Virus record (IMG/VR): IMGVR_UViG_3300009075_000007
Span: 1-40,552 of that record
DNA length: 40,552 nucleotides
Strand: one strand, 5' to 3'
Origin: a virus
Taxonomy: Duplodnaviria > Caudoviricetes
The notes beneath the pieces were generated by a model, which worked only from the letters and a program-made list of their open reading frames with translations, did not search any database and was not told the origin of the DNA. The position numbers and the translations under genes are program-made. Shown in pieces: positions 9,460 to 17,989 of the stretch; the stretch's first letter is position 1; the number at the start of each line of letters is the position of its first letter.

Positions 9460-9836
9460 GCCTGCGGTGCCTGCCCCGGCTCGTAGCTGGCCTCGAAGAT
9501 GGCCGGCTTGCACGGGTAGACCTCGCCCGCGACCCCGGTGATGATCCAGTCGCCGGGGCACACGATGTGCCCGCCTTCGAGCGTGTCGATCCAGCCGTGA
9601 ACATGCATCCTGTTGCCGCAGTGCTCGCACGCGCGAACGGGATCAACCTCCGGGTGGCGGAAGTAGCGCACTACTTCGCCTTCCCAGTTGTGGGCGAGCC
9701 GGTGCGATGCTGGAACGCTGACAAGTCTCCCGTTCTGAAACCCGGTTTGCTCCGATTTGTGATCGTCCGGGTGGTCGCCGTTCTTGAACCACTGGCTGGC
9801 CTCGATGACGATCGGCTTCTTCCTAAACTTCGACAT
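9291..9836 (-). CDS. PGDYG-like conserved phage protein with appended C-terminal module
   Basis: 'FRKKPIVIEA...IDTLEG..VCPGDWIITGVAGEVYPCKPAIF..SYE'; RBS GGGAGG. Confidence 0.8.
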   Translation of the reverse strand: MSKFRKKPIVIEASQWFKNGDHPDDHKSEQTGFQNGRLVSVPASHRLAHNWEGEVVRYFRHPEVDPVRACEHCGNRMHVHGWIDTLEGGHIVCPGDWIITGVAGEVYPCKPAIFEASYEPGQAPQADDTALLRQALDALTELMPPKDDLNHGGHDARDVRNWQNTVASLRARLDGAPKRPA

Positions 9837-10044
9837 GGTGCCTCCCGACGATCTCTGCATGTTGGCGACAGTACAACTGTGCCGGGCCGTGTCCGGGCTT
9901 GCGGTTGCATTGATGGTTGCCCCAGCCGATCGCTGGCCAGACGCGGAACGCGCACTGGCGCTCGTCGTAAGCCACCTCTCGGTGCGGCGCGCCGTATCGC
10001 TGCAGGCGCGCCTCTTCCTTGGTGACCGGATCGTCGTACATCAC
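9823..10044 (-). CDS. Small C-C-C-H zinc-finger protein
   Basis: 'QC...QCNRKPGHGP..LYCRQH'; RBS AAGGAGGAG. Confidence 0.7.
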   Translation of the reverse strand: MMYDDPVTKEEARLQRYGAPHREVAYDERQCAFRVWPAIGWGNHQCNRKPGHGPAQLYCRQHAEIVGRHHVEV

Positions 10045-10550
10045 TCCTCCTCCTTGTGAATATAGGCAGGGTGCAGCTCGCGCTTCGCTGCCATGTAGGC
10101 GGCGTGCGCTTCTTCGGGAGTAAGAAAGACACCGAGGTGGAGCTTTTTATAGCCGACAATGATCCTCGCCGCCCACGGGTTTTTCTTGCTGTTGGTGCAG
10201 GCGGTCACGCCAAGAAAACCAGAAGCGTTGTTCCGCTGCGCCTGTTTTCGGTTTTGCTGATTCTCGGTAGCTGTTACGACTCTCAGGTTCTCCCACCTGT
10301 TGTTGGCGCGGTCGCCATCTTTGTGATCTATCTGCTCCAGTGGCAAGCGGCCTGTCATTAGCAGGAACGCGAGACGGTGGGCGTACCTGTTTTTTCTCAG
10401 CAGCCGAATATGGGTATACCCGCGCCCATTGTTGCACCCTGCCCGTCGGCCGGCCGAAGCCGTTCCACGCGAGACCTTCCACCGAAACTCACCGGTCTCC
10501 GGGTCGTAGGCGAGCAGCTGCTCGACCACCTCCTTCGTCAGTTCACTCAT
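10041..10550 (-). CDS. HNH homing endonuclease with AP2-like C-terminal domain
   Basis: 'YAHRLAF...IDHKDGDRANNRWENLR' and 'SGFLGV...WAARI...HLGVF.TPEEAHAAY'; visibly lower GC than neighbours. Confidence 0.93.
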   Translation of the reverse strand: MSELTKEVVEQLLAYDPETGEFRWKVSRGTASAGRRAGCNNGRGYTHIRLLRKNRYAHRLAFLLMTGRLPLEQIDHKDGDRANNRWENLRVVTATENQQNRKQAQRNNASGFLGVTACTNSKKNPWAARIIVGYKKLHLGVFLTPEEAHAAYMAAKRELHPAYIHKEEE

Positions 10551-11115
10551 ATGGCCACCGCTTTTTCCCGGTGATCTCCTGCATCAGCACCTGCAACTTG
10601 TCGGGCAGGTCGGCGACGAGGCCGTCGTTGTCCAGCAGTAGGTCGCCATAGCGGCGCTTGACGCCAGCCTCGCTGCGATGCTTCGACGAGAGCAGGCCGT
10701 GCGCGCCGGGCGGGCGGATGACGTGAACGACCTTGCCGCCAACGCGGCGCACGTACTCGGCCTCGTCCTCGAACCGGATGTCGGTGATCACGACGCCGGC
10801 CACGTTTGCCTCGGTGAACTTGTCGACCCGCTCGGCCAGCAACCTGATCCAGATCTCCGGGTGGATCATCTCGCGGCCCCACTCGGTGCCCAGCGTCTGC
10901 ATCAGCACGCGCGGACTGGCACCGTGCAGCTCGATCGGTGTCTCCTTCAGCTTGCGGTCGTTGAGCTGCTCGGGCTTTGCGAAGCCACCCATCACGAGCA
11001 TGACCCGCAGCGGATCCGCGAACGCGATCTGCTGCCAACGAGGCAGGTCGGCGATCAGCCCGCCGATGGTGTCCTTGCCAGAGCCAGCTTTGCCGGCCAA
11101 ACCGATGACGTGCAT
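10543..11115 (-). CDS. Deoxynucleoside monophosphate kinase
   Basis: P-loop GKAGSGKDT, 'FADPL', 'SPRVLMQTLGTEWGR', 'DIRFEDE', 'HRSE'. Confidence 0.92.
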   Translation of the reverse strand: MHVIGLAGKAGSGKDTIGGLIADLPRWQQIAFADPLRVMLVMGGFAKPEQLNDRKLKETPIELHGASPRVLMQTLGTEWGREMIHPEIWIRLLAERVDKFTEANVAGVVITDIRFEDEAEYVRRVGGKVVHVIRPPGAHGLLSSKHRSEAGVKRRYGDLLLDNDGLVADLPDKLQVLMQEITGKKRWPYE

Positions 11116-11116
11116 G

Positions 11117-13138
11117 TCATGCCTTCCTGTAGAAATCCAGAACGTCGCCGTCCGCCTTCAGCGGCAGCCCCTGCGCCCAGTCGATCGGGTCGGCCATGAT
11201 CGCCAGCAGATCGGCGAGCGCCTGCTCAGCGCCCTGCTCGGGCACTTCGAGCACCATCTCATCGTGAACCGTGAAGACGATCGGGAAGCCCGCCTCGTCG
11301 GCGCGGAACATCGCCTCTCGCAGGCAGTCGCGCGCCGTCGCCTGTACGAGGTTCTCCACCAGACGCCCGCCAAAGGTGTCGCATCGTGACCACTTGTGGG
11401 TCAGCGGATGCAGGCCCATGAAGGTGATCTTCGGCCCGTACGCACCCTCCTCGACGCGCGGCTTGGGGTACGTCAGCCGGCGGCCGCTGGGCAGGTGCAT
11501 GAACAGGCAGCCGGAGCTGTACTCGAAGAAGACCCGATGCACGCCGGCGGTGGCCGGCAGCGGGTCGATGCCGCGATCGGCGAGCAGGCGGGACATGGCC
11601 GGCGCGACGGCGACCCGCTGGCCCTTGTTGAACAGCGCCTTGCGGGCCGTCTCCTCCATCGCGTACCAGAGCACGACGATCGATGGAGAGGCGGCACGCC
11701 AGCGATCCTTGATCTCCGGCAGCTCGTCGGCGGTCAGGCCCATGTCGAGCGCGCCCATCAGTTCGAGCGCGCCGACGCCACCTTGGAAGCCCAACGCGAG
11801 CTCGGCGATCTTGCCCTTCTGCCGCAGCGGGTCTCCCTTCGTCACCGAGCCGGCGGGCAGGCGGAACATCTGCTCGGCCGATGCCTCGTAGATCTTCCCG
11901 TGGGTGGCGAACACGTCCATCCGCCAGAGCTCGTGCGCGACCCACGCGATGACGCGCGCCTCGATGGCGCTGAAGTCGACCGAGATCAGCAGCCGTCCCT
12001 CGTCGGGGATGAAGGCCGTGCGGATCAGCTCGCTGAGCACGCCCAGCACGCTGTCGTGGAACATCCCGAGCGCGTGCGGGTCGGCCAGCAGGATGGCGCG
12101 CATCTCGCGCAGGTCTTCGATCAGGTTCTGGGGCAGGTTCTGCACCTGCACCAGCCGGCCGGCCCATCGGCCGGTGCGGATCGCACCGTAGAACTGCAGC
12201 AGACCCCGCAGGCGGCCGTCGTGGCAGACCCCGCGCAGCATCGCGCTGTACTTCGCGATCGAGCTCTTGCTGATCTCCTGCCGAAGACGAAGGACGTTGT
12301 CGATCAGGATCGGCTGATCGGTGCGCAACAGCTTCGCGACCGTCTTCTTCTTCAGATCCTTCGTCTCGACCAGCCCCTCGACCTCCTGCTCCGCCCGCAG
12401 CCACGCCAGCAGCTGATGGCGAGAGCCGGGGTTGGACAGGCCGGTCAGCGAGATCGCCTCCGCTTCGAGCTTGTCGATCTCCTCGCCGGCGGCGGCGATC
12501 GCGGCCTTGGCGAGAGGGAGGTGGATCTTCACGCCACGGTCGTTGATGCGCTGGTCGAGCTCCCACAGGCGCTGCTCCTCGGGCAGCAGCGGGAACAGGG
12601 CGAGGCGTTTGTAGATCTCCCGCTCGGCCTCGGTGTCGCGGACGCAGTAGTCCTTGAACAGCGCCCAGTCGTCCTCGTGCTCGGACGGCATGGCGAAGCG
12701 GCCGGTCTTCTTCTCGGGCATGCAGAACTTGCGGATCAGCCGCAGGCCGGTGCCGAGCTTTCGCTTGTCCTCGGGTATGCCGACGCGCTCGCCGACGTCG
12801 CCGAGGCGACCCGGGAAGCCCATCGCCAGCGCGCGCACCATGGCGCACTCCCACTGCTCGGGCAGGCACTCGGCGGCGAAGTCGGCCCACAGGCAGACCC
12901 GCTCGAACTGCGCATTGAAGGCGACCTTCTTCAGCGAAGGGTCGGCCAGCAGATCGAAGAAGCGCCGCAGCCGCGCGCCATGCTCGCGCGTCAGGTCGAG
13001 CAGCTGCACCGGCTCGTCGTCGATCGCGTAGGAGATCAGCATGACCTCGAAGTCGGGGCACTCGACGTACCGGTAGACGCCGGTCTTCGTCAGCTCGACC
13101 CGGCTGCGGGTCTCGATGTCGACGTGGAGCACGCTCAC
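11117..13138 (-). CDS. Family A DNA polymerase (SPO2/APSE-like) with 3'-5' exonuclease
   Basis: Exo I 'DIET', 'RTGRWAG', motif A 'DFSAIEAR', motif B 'RQKGKIAELALGF', motif C 'VHDE'; GTG 13138 overlaps upstream TGA. Confidence 0.96.
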   Translation of the reverse strand: MSVLHVDIETRSRVELTKTGVYRYVECPDFEVMLISYAIDDEPVQLLDLTREHGARLRRFFDLLADPSLKKVAFNAQFERVCLWADFAAECLPEQWECAMVRALAMGFPGRLGDVGERVGIPEDKRKLGTGLRLIRKFCMPEKKTGRFAMPSEHEDDWALFKDYCVRDTEAEREIYKRLALFPLLPEEQRLWELDQRINDRGVKIHLPLAKAAIAAAGEEIDKLEAEAISLTGLSNPGSRHQLLAWLRAEQEVEGLVETKDLKKKTVAKLLRTDQPILIDNVLRLRQEISKSSIAKYSAMLRGVCHDGRLRGLLQFYGAIRTGRWAGRLVQVQNLPQNLIEDLREMRAILLADPHALGMFHDSVLGVLSELIRTAFIPDEGRLLISVDFSAIEARVIAWVAHELWRMDVFATHGKIYEASAEQMFRLPAGSVTKGDPLRQKGKIAELALGFQGGVGALELMGALDMGLTADELPEIKDRWRAASPSIVVLWYAMEETARKALFNKGQRVAVAPAMSRLLADRGIDPLPATAGVHRVFFEYSSGCLFMHLPSGRRLTYPKPRVEEGAYGPKITFMGLHPLTHKWSRCDTFGGRLVENLVQATARDCLREAMFRADEAGFPIVFTVHDEMVLEVPEQGAEQALADLLAIMADPIDWAQGLPLKADGDVLDFYRKA

Positions 13139-13431
13139 GACAGCCTGCGCCAAGAGGTGCCGAATCCGCCATGCGAGCGGCCGTTGGTGGAGATGCCGAT
13201 CGAGCGGATCAGCTTCTCGCGTTGGAGGCGTTTGGTGACTGCGCCCCAGACTCGGGGCTCGCGGGGCGCTATGCCGGCGGTGCGGGCGGCTGCGCGCAGC
13301 TCGCCCATCGTGAACGGGTCGCCGCTGGGCCGTTGGTAGAGCCAGCTGACTGCGAAGGCGAGGCAGCCGTGGTAATTGTTGTCGGGTGCTCGCGCCACGC
13401 GTGCGAGGGCCTCGTCTCTTCCGCAATTCAT
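13135..13431 (-). CDS. Conserved phage protein, probable winged helix
   Basis: 'PREPRVWGAV...LI..IG....SH......W' pattern; RBS GGAG. Confidence 0.7.
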   Translation of the reverse strand: MNCGRDEALARVARAPDNNYHGCLAFAVSWLYQRPSGDPFTMGELRAAARTAGIAPREPRVWGAVTKRLQREKLIRSIGISTNGRSHGGFGTSWRRLS

Positions 13432-13557
13432 CGCATCAGCTCCATCGGAATAGGTGCCGGGGCTCTCCCCGGCGGTCACGTCTAGTTCATGCCCTCTCGA
13501 CGTTCAGAGGCCCTCGCGGGCGGGACGGGGAGGCGGGCTCCCGCGAGAGACTGCGCT

Positions 13558-14124
13558 TTACGACAGGAAGTCGTCGTCGTCGGCGATTTCGTCGAAGTCC
13601 TCGGTGGCCGAGGTGCGACCCGACAGGCGTGGCCCATCGGCGACCTTCTGGATGTTCTGCAGTCCAGCGCCGACACCCTTGTTGCCGTTCTTGTTGAACG
13701 CGTAGAAGTTCAGCGACACGCGCGCGAACACCCCCGAGTAGACCTCGTCCTTGTCGAAGATCTCGTTCATCTGCCGATCCACGATGCCGGGCTTCTCGTT
13801 GCTCGAAGCGTTGAGAAACCAGCAGCCCTTGTAGACCGGATCGTCGGGCCGGTCGACGTCGCCGTCACGCAGCGGCATCTTCAGACCCGGCGGCAGCTTG
13901 CCGCCCCACATCGCCTTGCCGTTCTCCTTGGCGACCTCGCAGGCGCGCTTGATCCGCTCGACCGTGTCCTTGTCCGCCTTCGGGATCAGAATCGCCGTCG
14001 AGTATTTCAGCGCGCTGCCCTCATCCGGGCCGGCACGCGGCGTCCAGACGTTTGCATAGGAGAGGCGTACCTTGCCGGTGACCACCTTGGTCTTCGCGGC
14101 TTCCTGCTTTGCATCATTCGCCAT
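13558..14124 (-). CDS. DUF2815 family ssDNA-binding protein
   Basis: 'VRLSYANVW', 'PLRDGD', 'YSGVFARV', 'GLQNIQK', acidic tail DDDDFLS; adjacent to DUF2800. Confidence 0.92.
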   Translation of the reverse strand: MANDAKQEAAKTKVVTGKVRLSYANVWTPRAGPDEGSALKYSTAILIPKADKDTVERIKRACEVAKENGKAMWGGKLPPGLKMPLRDGDVDRPDDPVYKGCWFLNASSNEKPGIVDRQMNEIFDKDEVYSGVFARVSLNFYAFNKNGNKGVGAGLQNIQKVADGPRLSGRTSATEDFDEIADDDDFLS

Positions 14125-15331
14125 CATCAGCTCCATCATCTTCATCAGCAAAATCCTCGGCCGCAGTGGCCCGAGGTTCGAGCTCTGGGCGCTTGTCGCT
14201 GACAGGCACCAGAGTGGGTTTGCCGGGAGGCTTGTCGATCAGCCCACCCAGCAGTTCGTTGATCGGCCTCTTGCCGATCGACTTTTCAAGATCGCCGAGC
14301 GTCCGCAGGCTTTGCGGCTCGTAAACATCTGACGCATTGTAGCCTGCTTCGAGGAGCACAAGGGCGGCCGCTTCTTTGTCAGCGATGCGCCTGTTGCTGC
14401 GTCCCGACACGAGCTTGAAGCCGGGAAACTTCTGGCCCCGCTCGGCCTGCTTCAGGGCATAGTCCTGCACCGCATCGATCCACTTCCGTAGCCCGTCAAC
14501 TTTGGGCAGCAGCTCGGCGATCTCGTCGGCCGACAGCAGCTCCGGCTCGGCGAACTCGCGCTTGGCCGTTTCGAGGTGCAGCTCGGCGCGCGCTCGGCAG
14601 GTCGCCTTGGCGCGGCAGAAGCGGCACGCGTCGTCGCTCGGCGCGAAGACCGCCCCGTCGCCGGTGAAGGCCACCTGCGCGGCAGGGGCGACGATCGCGT
14701 CGGCCCACGCGAGCAGGTCTGCAGAGGAGATCGTGGCCGTGTCGACGTGGTCGAGGCGAGGCTGGTGGATGGTCGAGACGACGCGCTCGATGTCGTAGAA
14801 ATGATCGAGCTCGTGGTACGCACCGAGACCATAGAGCAGCAGCTGCGGATTGCCGTCGACCTCGACCTTGACCCCCTTGCCGTACTTCAGGTCGATGACC
14901 TCGACCGTGCCCGCGTAGACCAGCACCACGTCGCCGGTGCCGAACCCTTCCGGCACCCAGCGGCTGAAGTCGAGCCTCTGTTCGAGGAGCACCTCGGCGC
15001 GGGCGTCCTGCGATCGGGCGTGCGTGATTCGCTCGTTCACATAGTCGATGAACGTCTGGACGTAGTTCACCATCTCGGCTGGATAGCTGGCGGCGAACGC
15101 GTCTTCAGCTCCCGGCCCAAAACCGTTGATGCGAACCGCAAGCTCTCTTGCGTACCACTGGCTCGTGTCTATCTTGCTGCTTAGACAGTCGTAGGCCACT
15201 TCATGCGCACGCGTGCCCTCCTCGGCGAAGCTGCTCGTGCTGTTGGGCAGCTGCGCCTCGATGGCGGCCGAGGCCGTGCAGTGCAACCAGCGGTGGCTGC
15301 CGCTGGCCGACAGGTAGGCGTGCCCGCTCAC
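14114..15331 (-). CDS. DUF2800 Cas4-like PD-(D/E)XK exonuclease
   Basis: 'HAYLSASGSHRWLHC', 'FGTGD', 'IDLKYGKG', 'QLLLY', 'CRFCRAKATC'. Confidence 0.92.
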   Translation of the reverse strand: MSGHAYLSASGSHRWLHCTASAAIEAQLPNSTSSFAEEGTRAHEVAYDCLSSKIDTSQWYARELAVRINGFGPGAEDAFAASYPAEMVNYVQTFIDYVNERITHARSQDARAEVLLEQRLDFSRWVPEGFGTGDVVLVYAGTVEVIDLKYGKGVKVEVDGNPQLLLYGLGAYHELDHFYDIERVVSTIHQPRLDHVDTATISSADLLAWADAIVAPAAQVAFTGDGAVFAPSDDACRFCRAKATCRARAELHLETAKREFAEPELLSADEIAELLPKVDGLRKWIDAVQDYALKQAERGQKFPGFKLVSGRSNRRIADKEAAALVLLEAGYNASDVYEPQSLRTLGDLEKSIGKRPINELLGGLIDKPPGKPTLVPVSDKRPELEPRATAAEDFADEDDGADDGE

Positions 15332-15615
15332 TGCTTTGGCTCCGCGAACTGCGTGTCGTTGCCGGCCAGCGAGAGCAGCGGCATGACCATCGTCTCCCAG
15401 CGGTTGTCCATGATGTAGGGCAGCGCGCGGATGATCCTGTCCATCGCCTTGTGCGCGGCGTTGTTCTCCAGATCGAGCTTGTCCTCGGCCCCCTTCTCGA
15501 CCGCCACGTCGATGTGGATGAAGGTCGTGATCGTGTCGCCCTCGGCGCGAACCATCGGGTAGATGGTCAGCGCGACGGCGCTCTGGTCGGGGATGCGGTT
15601 GCCATCGCTGATCAT
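15328..15615 (-). CDS. Hypothetical protein
   Basis: Translationally coupled on both sides; RBS GAGGAG. Confidence 0.7.
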   Translation of the reverse strand: MISDGNRIPDQSAVALTIYPMVRAEGDTITTFIHIDVAVEKGAEDKLDLENNAAHKAMDRIIRALPYIMDNRWETMVMPLLSLAGNDTQFAEPKQ

Positions 15616-16124
15616 TTCGAGATCTCCTCGGTCAGGGCCGCGATCGCCTCGGCGATGTCCTCGCCCTCGTACAGACGATCGAGGCAGGCGTTGAAGGGGC
15701 CGAACTTGTCGGGCGGGACGGCGCTCAGCCGCATCACACCCATCACCGACAGCGCGTCGCGGATCGCCTGCGCATGCTCCTTGCTGGATCCGGCGACCAG
15801 CTTCGCGCGGGCCCAGAGCTCGTTCGGGTCGATGCCCTCGGCGGGCGGCTGCTCGGCGGGCGGCTGCTCGGCGGGCGGCTGCTCGGCGGGCGGCTGCTCG
15901 TCCTTGCGCGGCCGACCGCGACCGCGCTTGCCCTCGGCGGGCGGCGGCGGCGGCGAGACAGGCGTCTCGTAGCGACGCTCGCGCTCTTCGGGGTGAGGTG
16001 AGTCGGCCTGCTCGGGCGCGCTGGCCGCCACGCTGACGAGCGGCGACCCGAGGGCCACGATCGCGGCGCGCAGAATTTCCGCGAGCCGGTCGGTTACGTC
16101 AATCTCTACTTTCATCTGCATCAT
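15612..16124 (-). CDS. Hypothetical protein with AT-hook and EQPPA repeats
   Basis: KRGRGRPRK AT-hook; repeat linker; helical C-terminal domain like genes that precede DUF2800. Confidence 0.75.
   Translation of the reverse strand: MMQMKVEIDVTDRLAEILRAAIVALGSPLVSVAASAPEQADSPHPEERERRYETPVSPPPPPAEGKRGRGRPRKDEQPPAEQPPAEQPPAEQPPAEGIDPNELWARAKLVAGSSKEHAQAIRDALSVMGVMRLSAVPPDKFGPFNACLDRLYEGEDIAEAIAALTEEISK
15837..15900. repeat. Perfect 15-bp tandem repeat x4.3 (ctcggcgggcggctg)
   Basis: Read directly; in frame, encodes EQPPA. Confidence 0.97.
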
Positions 16125-16133
16125 CTGCTCCGG

Positions 16134-16373
16134 TTATTTTCCATCGTCACTGCTGCGCTCGATCCGTTCGAGCGCCTGCCCGACCTGATTGAGCAAGTCC
16201 AAAATCTCAATCGAGAGCTCCGTCAGCACCTCGATCCGCTGGTGGGCGATCGCCGCCACCTCGTTCCCCGTGACGGGGAGTCCGTTGTATCGAACGTGCC
16301 CGTAGCTGGTGACGTTGCGCATCTCCTGCTCGAACCGCAGCCTTGCCTCGAAGATCTGCTGGTGGATACTCAT
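16134..16373 (-). CDS. Hypothetical protein
   Basis: ATGA coupling with upstream gene. Confidence 0.65.
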   Translation of the reverse strand: MSIHQQIFEARLRFEQEMRNVTSYGHVRYNGLPVTGNEVAAIAHQRIEVLTELSIEILDLLNQVGQALERIERSSDDGK

Positions 16374-16645
16374 TTCCTTGTCGCCTTTAGAACGCCCATC
16401 ACGTCAGCGAGCAGGTCGTTTGTGAACCGCTCGTCGGTTGTATCGAACCCGCTGCCGGCCGTGGCCTGCTGCCACATGAGCCCGAGCACCTCCAGCACGC
16501 GGGCGCGCTGCTCGGGCGGCGATCCGACCTGCCGCAGGACGAGGGCCAGCTGGTGGACGGTGACCCCGAACACGACGCACTGGTAGTAGGCCTCACCCTT
16601 GACCGCGATCAGGTTGTCGATGATCTCCTGAGACTGTTCGCTCAT
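16370..16645 (-). CDS. Hypothetical protein
   Basis: ATG 16645 (MSEQSQEII) overlaps upstream TGA. Confidence 0.65.
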   Translation of the reverse strand: MSEQSQEIIDNLIAVKGEAYYQCVVFGVTVHQLALVLRQVGSPPEQRARVLEVLGLMWQQATAGSGFDTTDERFTNDLLADVMGVLKATRK

Positions 16646-16992
16646 TCCTGCCTCGCGACCAGTGACGGCGCTTCGCGCGCCGCCTTGCGGGCGATGTACT
16701 CGCGCGTTCGCTGGCGGCCGCTCTTGGGTGCCGGGCGTCGGCAGTCGGGCCCCTCCCCGAGAACGAAGGCCTCGACGACGCGCGCGCCGCGTCTGTTCTC
16801 GACCCACGTCGAGACCCGCACGATGCCCTGCCGGTGCATCTCCCGCACCCACTCGCGAACGGTGATGTAGTGGGCACCCGTCTCCTCGGCCAGCTCGGCG
16901 AAAGTGTGCGGGCCCGTCATCAGCAGCTTGATCATCTGGGCGAACATCATCGCGTTAACCCGAACGATCTTGGGCCTCGGAGCGGCGCTCAC
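16642..16992 (-). CDS. Winged-helix DNA-binding protein
   Basis: 'GPHTFAELAEETGAHYITVREWVREMHRQGIV'; GTG overlaps upstream TGA. Confidence 0.75.
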   Translation of the reverse strand: MSAAPRPKIVRVNAMMFAQMIKLLMTGPHTFAELAEETGAHYITVREWVREMHRQGIVRVSTWVENRRGARVVEAFVLGEGPDCRRPAPKSGRQRTREYIARKAAREAPSLVARQE

Positions 16993-17204
16993 AGGGATCG
17001 GTAGAGGAGGTAGAGGAGAACCCAGATCAGCGCGCCGGCGAAGCAGGCGGCGAGGATCGGGCATAGGCTGGTCGCGTCGCGACGGTAGTCCTCTTGTAGG
17101 TCGTCAAGCAGATCCTGCATCTCCTTGTCGGAGATGAACCCTTCCCCGCGCCAGTCGGGGTCGATCCTGCGCCCTTCGGCTTCGGTCAGTTTGATCATCT
17201 TCAT
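16989..17204 (-). CDS. Small protein with C-terminal transmembrane helix
   Basis: ATG 17204 after a purine-rich RBS; hydrophobic tail. Confidence 0.65.
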   Translation of the reverse strand: MKMIKLTEAEGRRIDPDWRGEGFISDKEMQDLLDDLQEDYRRDATSLCPILAACFAGALIWVLLYLLYRSL

Positions 17205-17214
17205 CGCCTTCCCC

Positions 17215-17243
17215 TTGCTTTTCGACTCGTGCAACGTCATGAT
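17215..17243 (+). promoter_or_regulatory. Putative sigma70 promoter for the rightward HTH-primase operon
   Basis: TTGCTT-17 nt-CATGAT. Confidence 0.5.
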
Positions 17244-17251
17244 GCGGGCAG

Positions 17252-17281
17252 ATTGTGCCTGCCTGCTTTGGCACTCGTCAA
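17252..17281 (-). promoter_or_regulatory. Putative sigma70 promoter for the leftward replication operon
   Basis: TTGACG-18 nt-CACAAT on the minus strand. Confidence 0.5.
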
Positions 17282-17299
17282 CCCCTTGGAGAAAATTAG

Positions 17300-17557
17300 A
17301 TGGACGTTCTGGAAATCATCACCACGGCTCTGGCCGGTCGAAACACGGTCGAGATCAAGGAGCTGGCCGCCCGCTCTGGGGTGGCATGGTCGACGATCTA
17401 CAAGATCGCCTCCAAGCGAGCCCTCGACCCGCGATGGTCAACGGTCGTCCGACTGGCAAACACGATGGGGATCAAGGAACCGGCGCTGACCAGCGCCGAT
17501 CGCAAGCGCCTCTTCAAACACCTCGACCCGAAGAAAGCCCGTGGCGCGCGGCGTTGA
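17300..17557 (+). CDS. XRE/Cro-like helix-turn-helix regulator
   Basis: 'IKELAARSGVAWSTIYKIAS...DPRWSTVVRLA'; RBS GGAG; first gene after the divergent gap. Confidence 0.85.
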   Translation: MDVLEIITTALAGRNTVEIKELAARSGVAWSTIYKIASKRALDPRWSTVVRLANTMGIKEPALTSADRKRLFKHLDPKKARGARR

Positions 17558-17987
17558 TCACCATTTCCCCGAGACCTTCTCCGGGTCGATGCTGGACGAG
17601 GCCGGCACGATCCGGGTCGAAGAGGGGCGGCGATGCCGGATGCTGATCGCGGCCGTCATCCTGCAGGCCGTCCTCGATGTCGGGAACGACCTGACAGGGG
17701 CGGAGAAAAAGAAGCAGCGCAACCTCGATGAGGATGCCCGCAGCGCGCTATTCTTCCTGTTCCACCCCGACGGGGGCCTACCTTCGTACTGCGCATGGCT
17801 CGACATCGACGCCGACGTGGTTCGCAGGCGTCTACGAGACGGCCTACGCAGCGGCGGGCAGTGGATGGCGCTGCGGGCGGCACGTTCTTTCGCAGAGGCG
17901 GACAGGAGGCGCTTGGCGGTCGAGCGGCGGATACGCTGGTTCGACCGTGAATTTGAGCGCGGGGCAATGGTGGCGGAGAGGGAATAA
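17541..17987 (+). CDS. Conserved phage hypothetical protein
   Basis: 'AAVILQAVLD...A..FLF...CAWLDID' pattern; start uncertain. Confidence 0.65.
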   Translation: MARGVDHHFPETFSGSMLDEAGTIRVEEGRRCRMLIAAVILQAVLDVGNDLTGAEKKKQRNLDEDARSALFFLFHPDGGLPSYCAWLDIDADVVRRRLRDGLRSGGQWMALRAARSFAEADRRRLAVERRIRWFDREFERGAMVAERE

Positions 17988-17989
17988 TA

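Noticed and set aside
11259-13339. Long alternative-frame and antisense ORFs (637 and 647 aa; also 3849-5435 and 29044-30330)
   Set aside because: Shadow ORFs expected from high GC3 codon bias; no motifs.
13139-13426. N-terminal extension of the polymerase in the ORF track (769 aa)
   Set aside because: It overlaps the 13135-13431 gene; the exonuclease domain starts right after GTG 13138.
13482-13547. Hairpin plus RBS-ATG-AAC-TAG minigene downstream of SSB
   Set aside because: Hairpin has no U-tract and a two-codon ORF can arise by chance; reading through TAG meets TGA two codons later.
14114-15331. Cas4-like gene as sign of a CRISPR system
   Set aside because: DUF2800-DUF2815-PolA is a standard phage replication module; no array or other cas genes seen.
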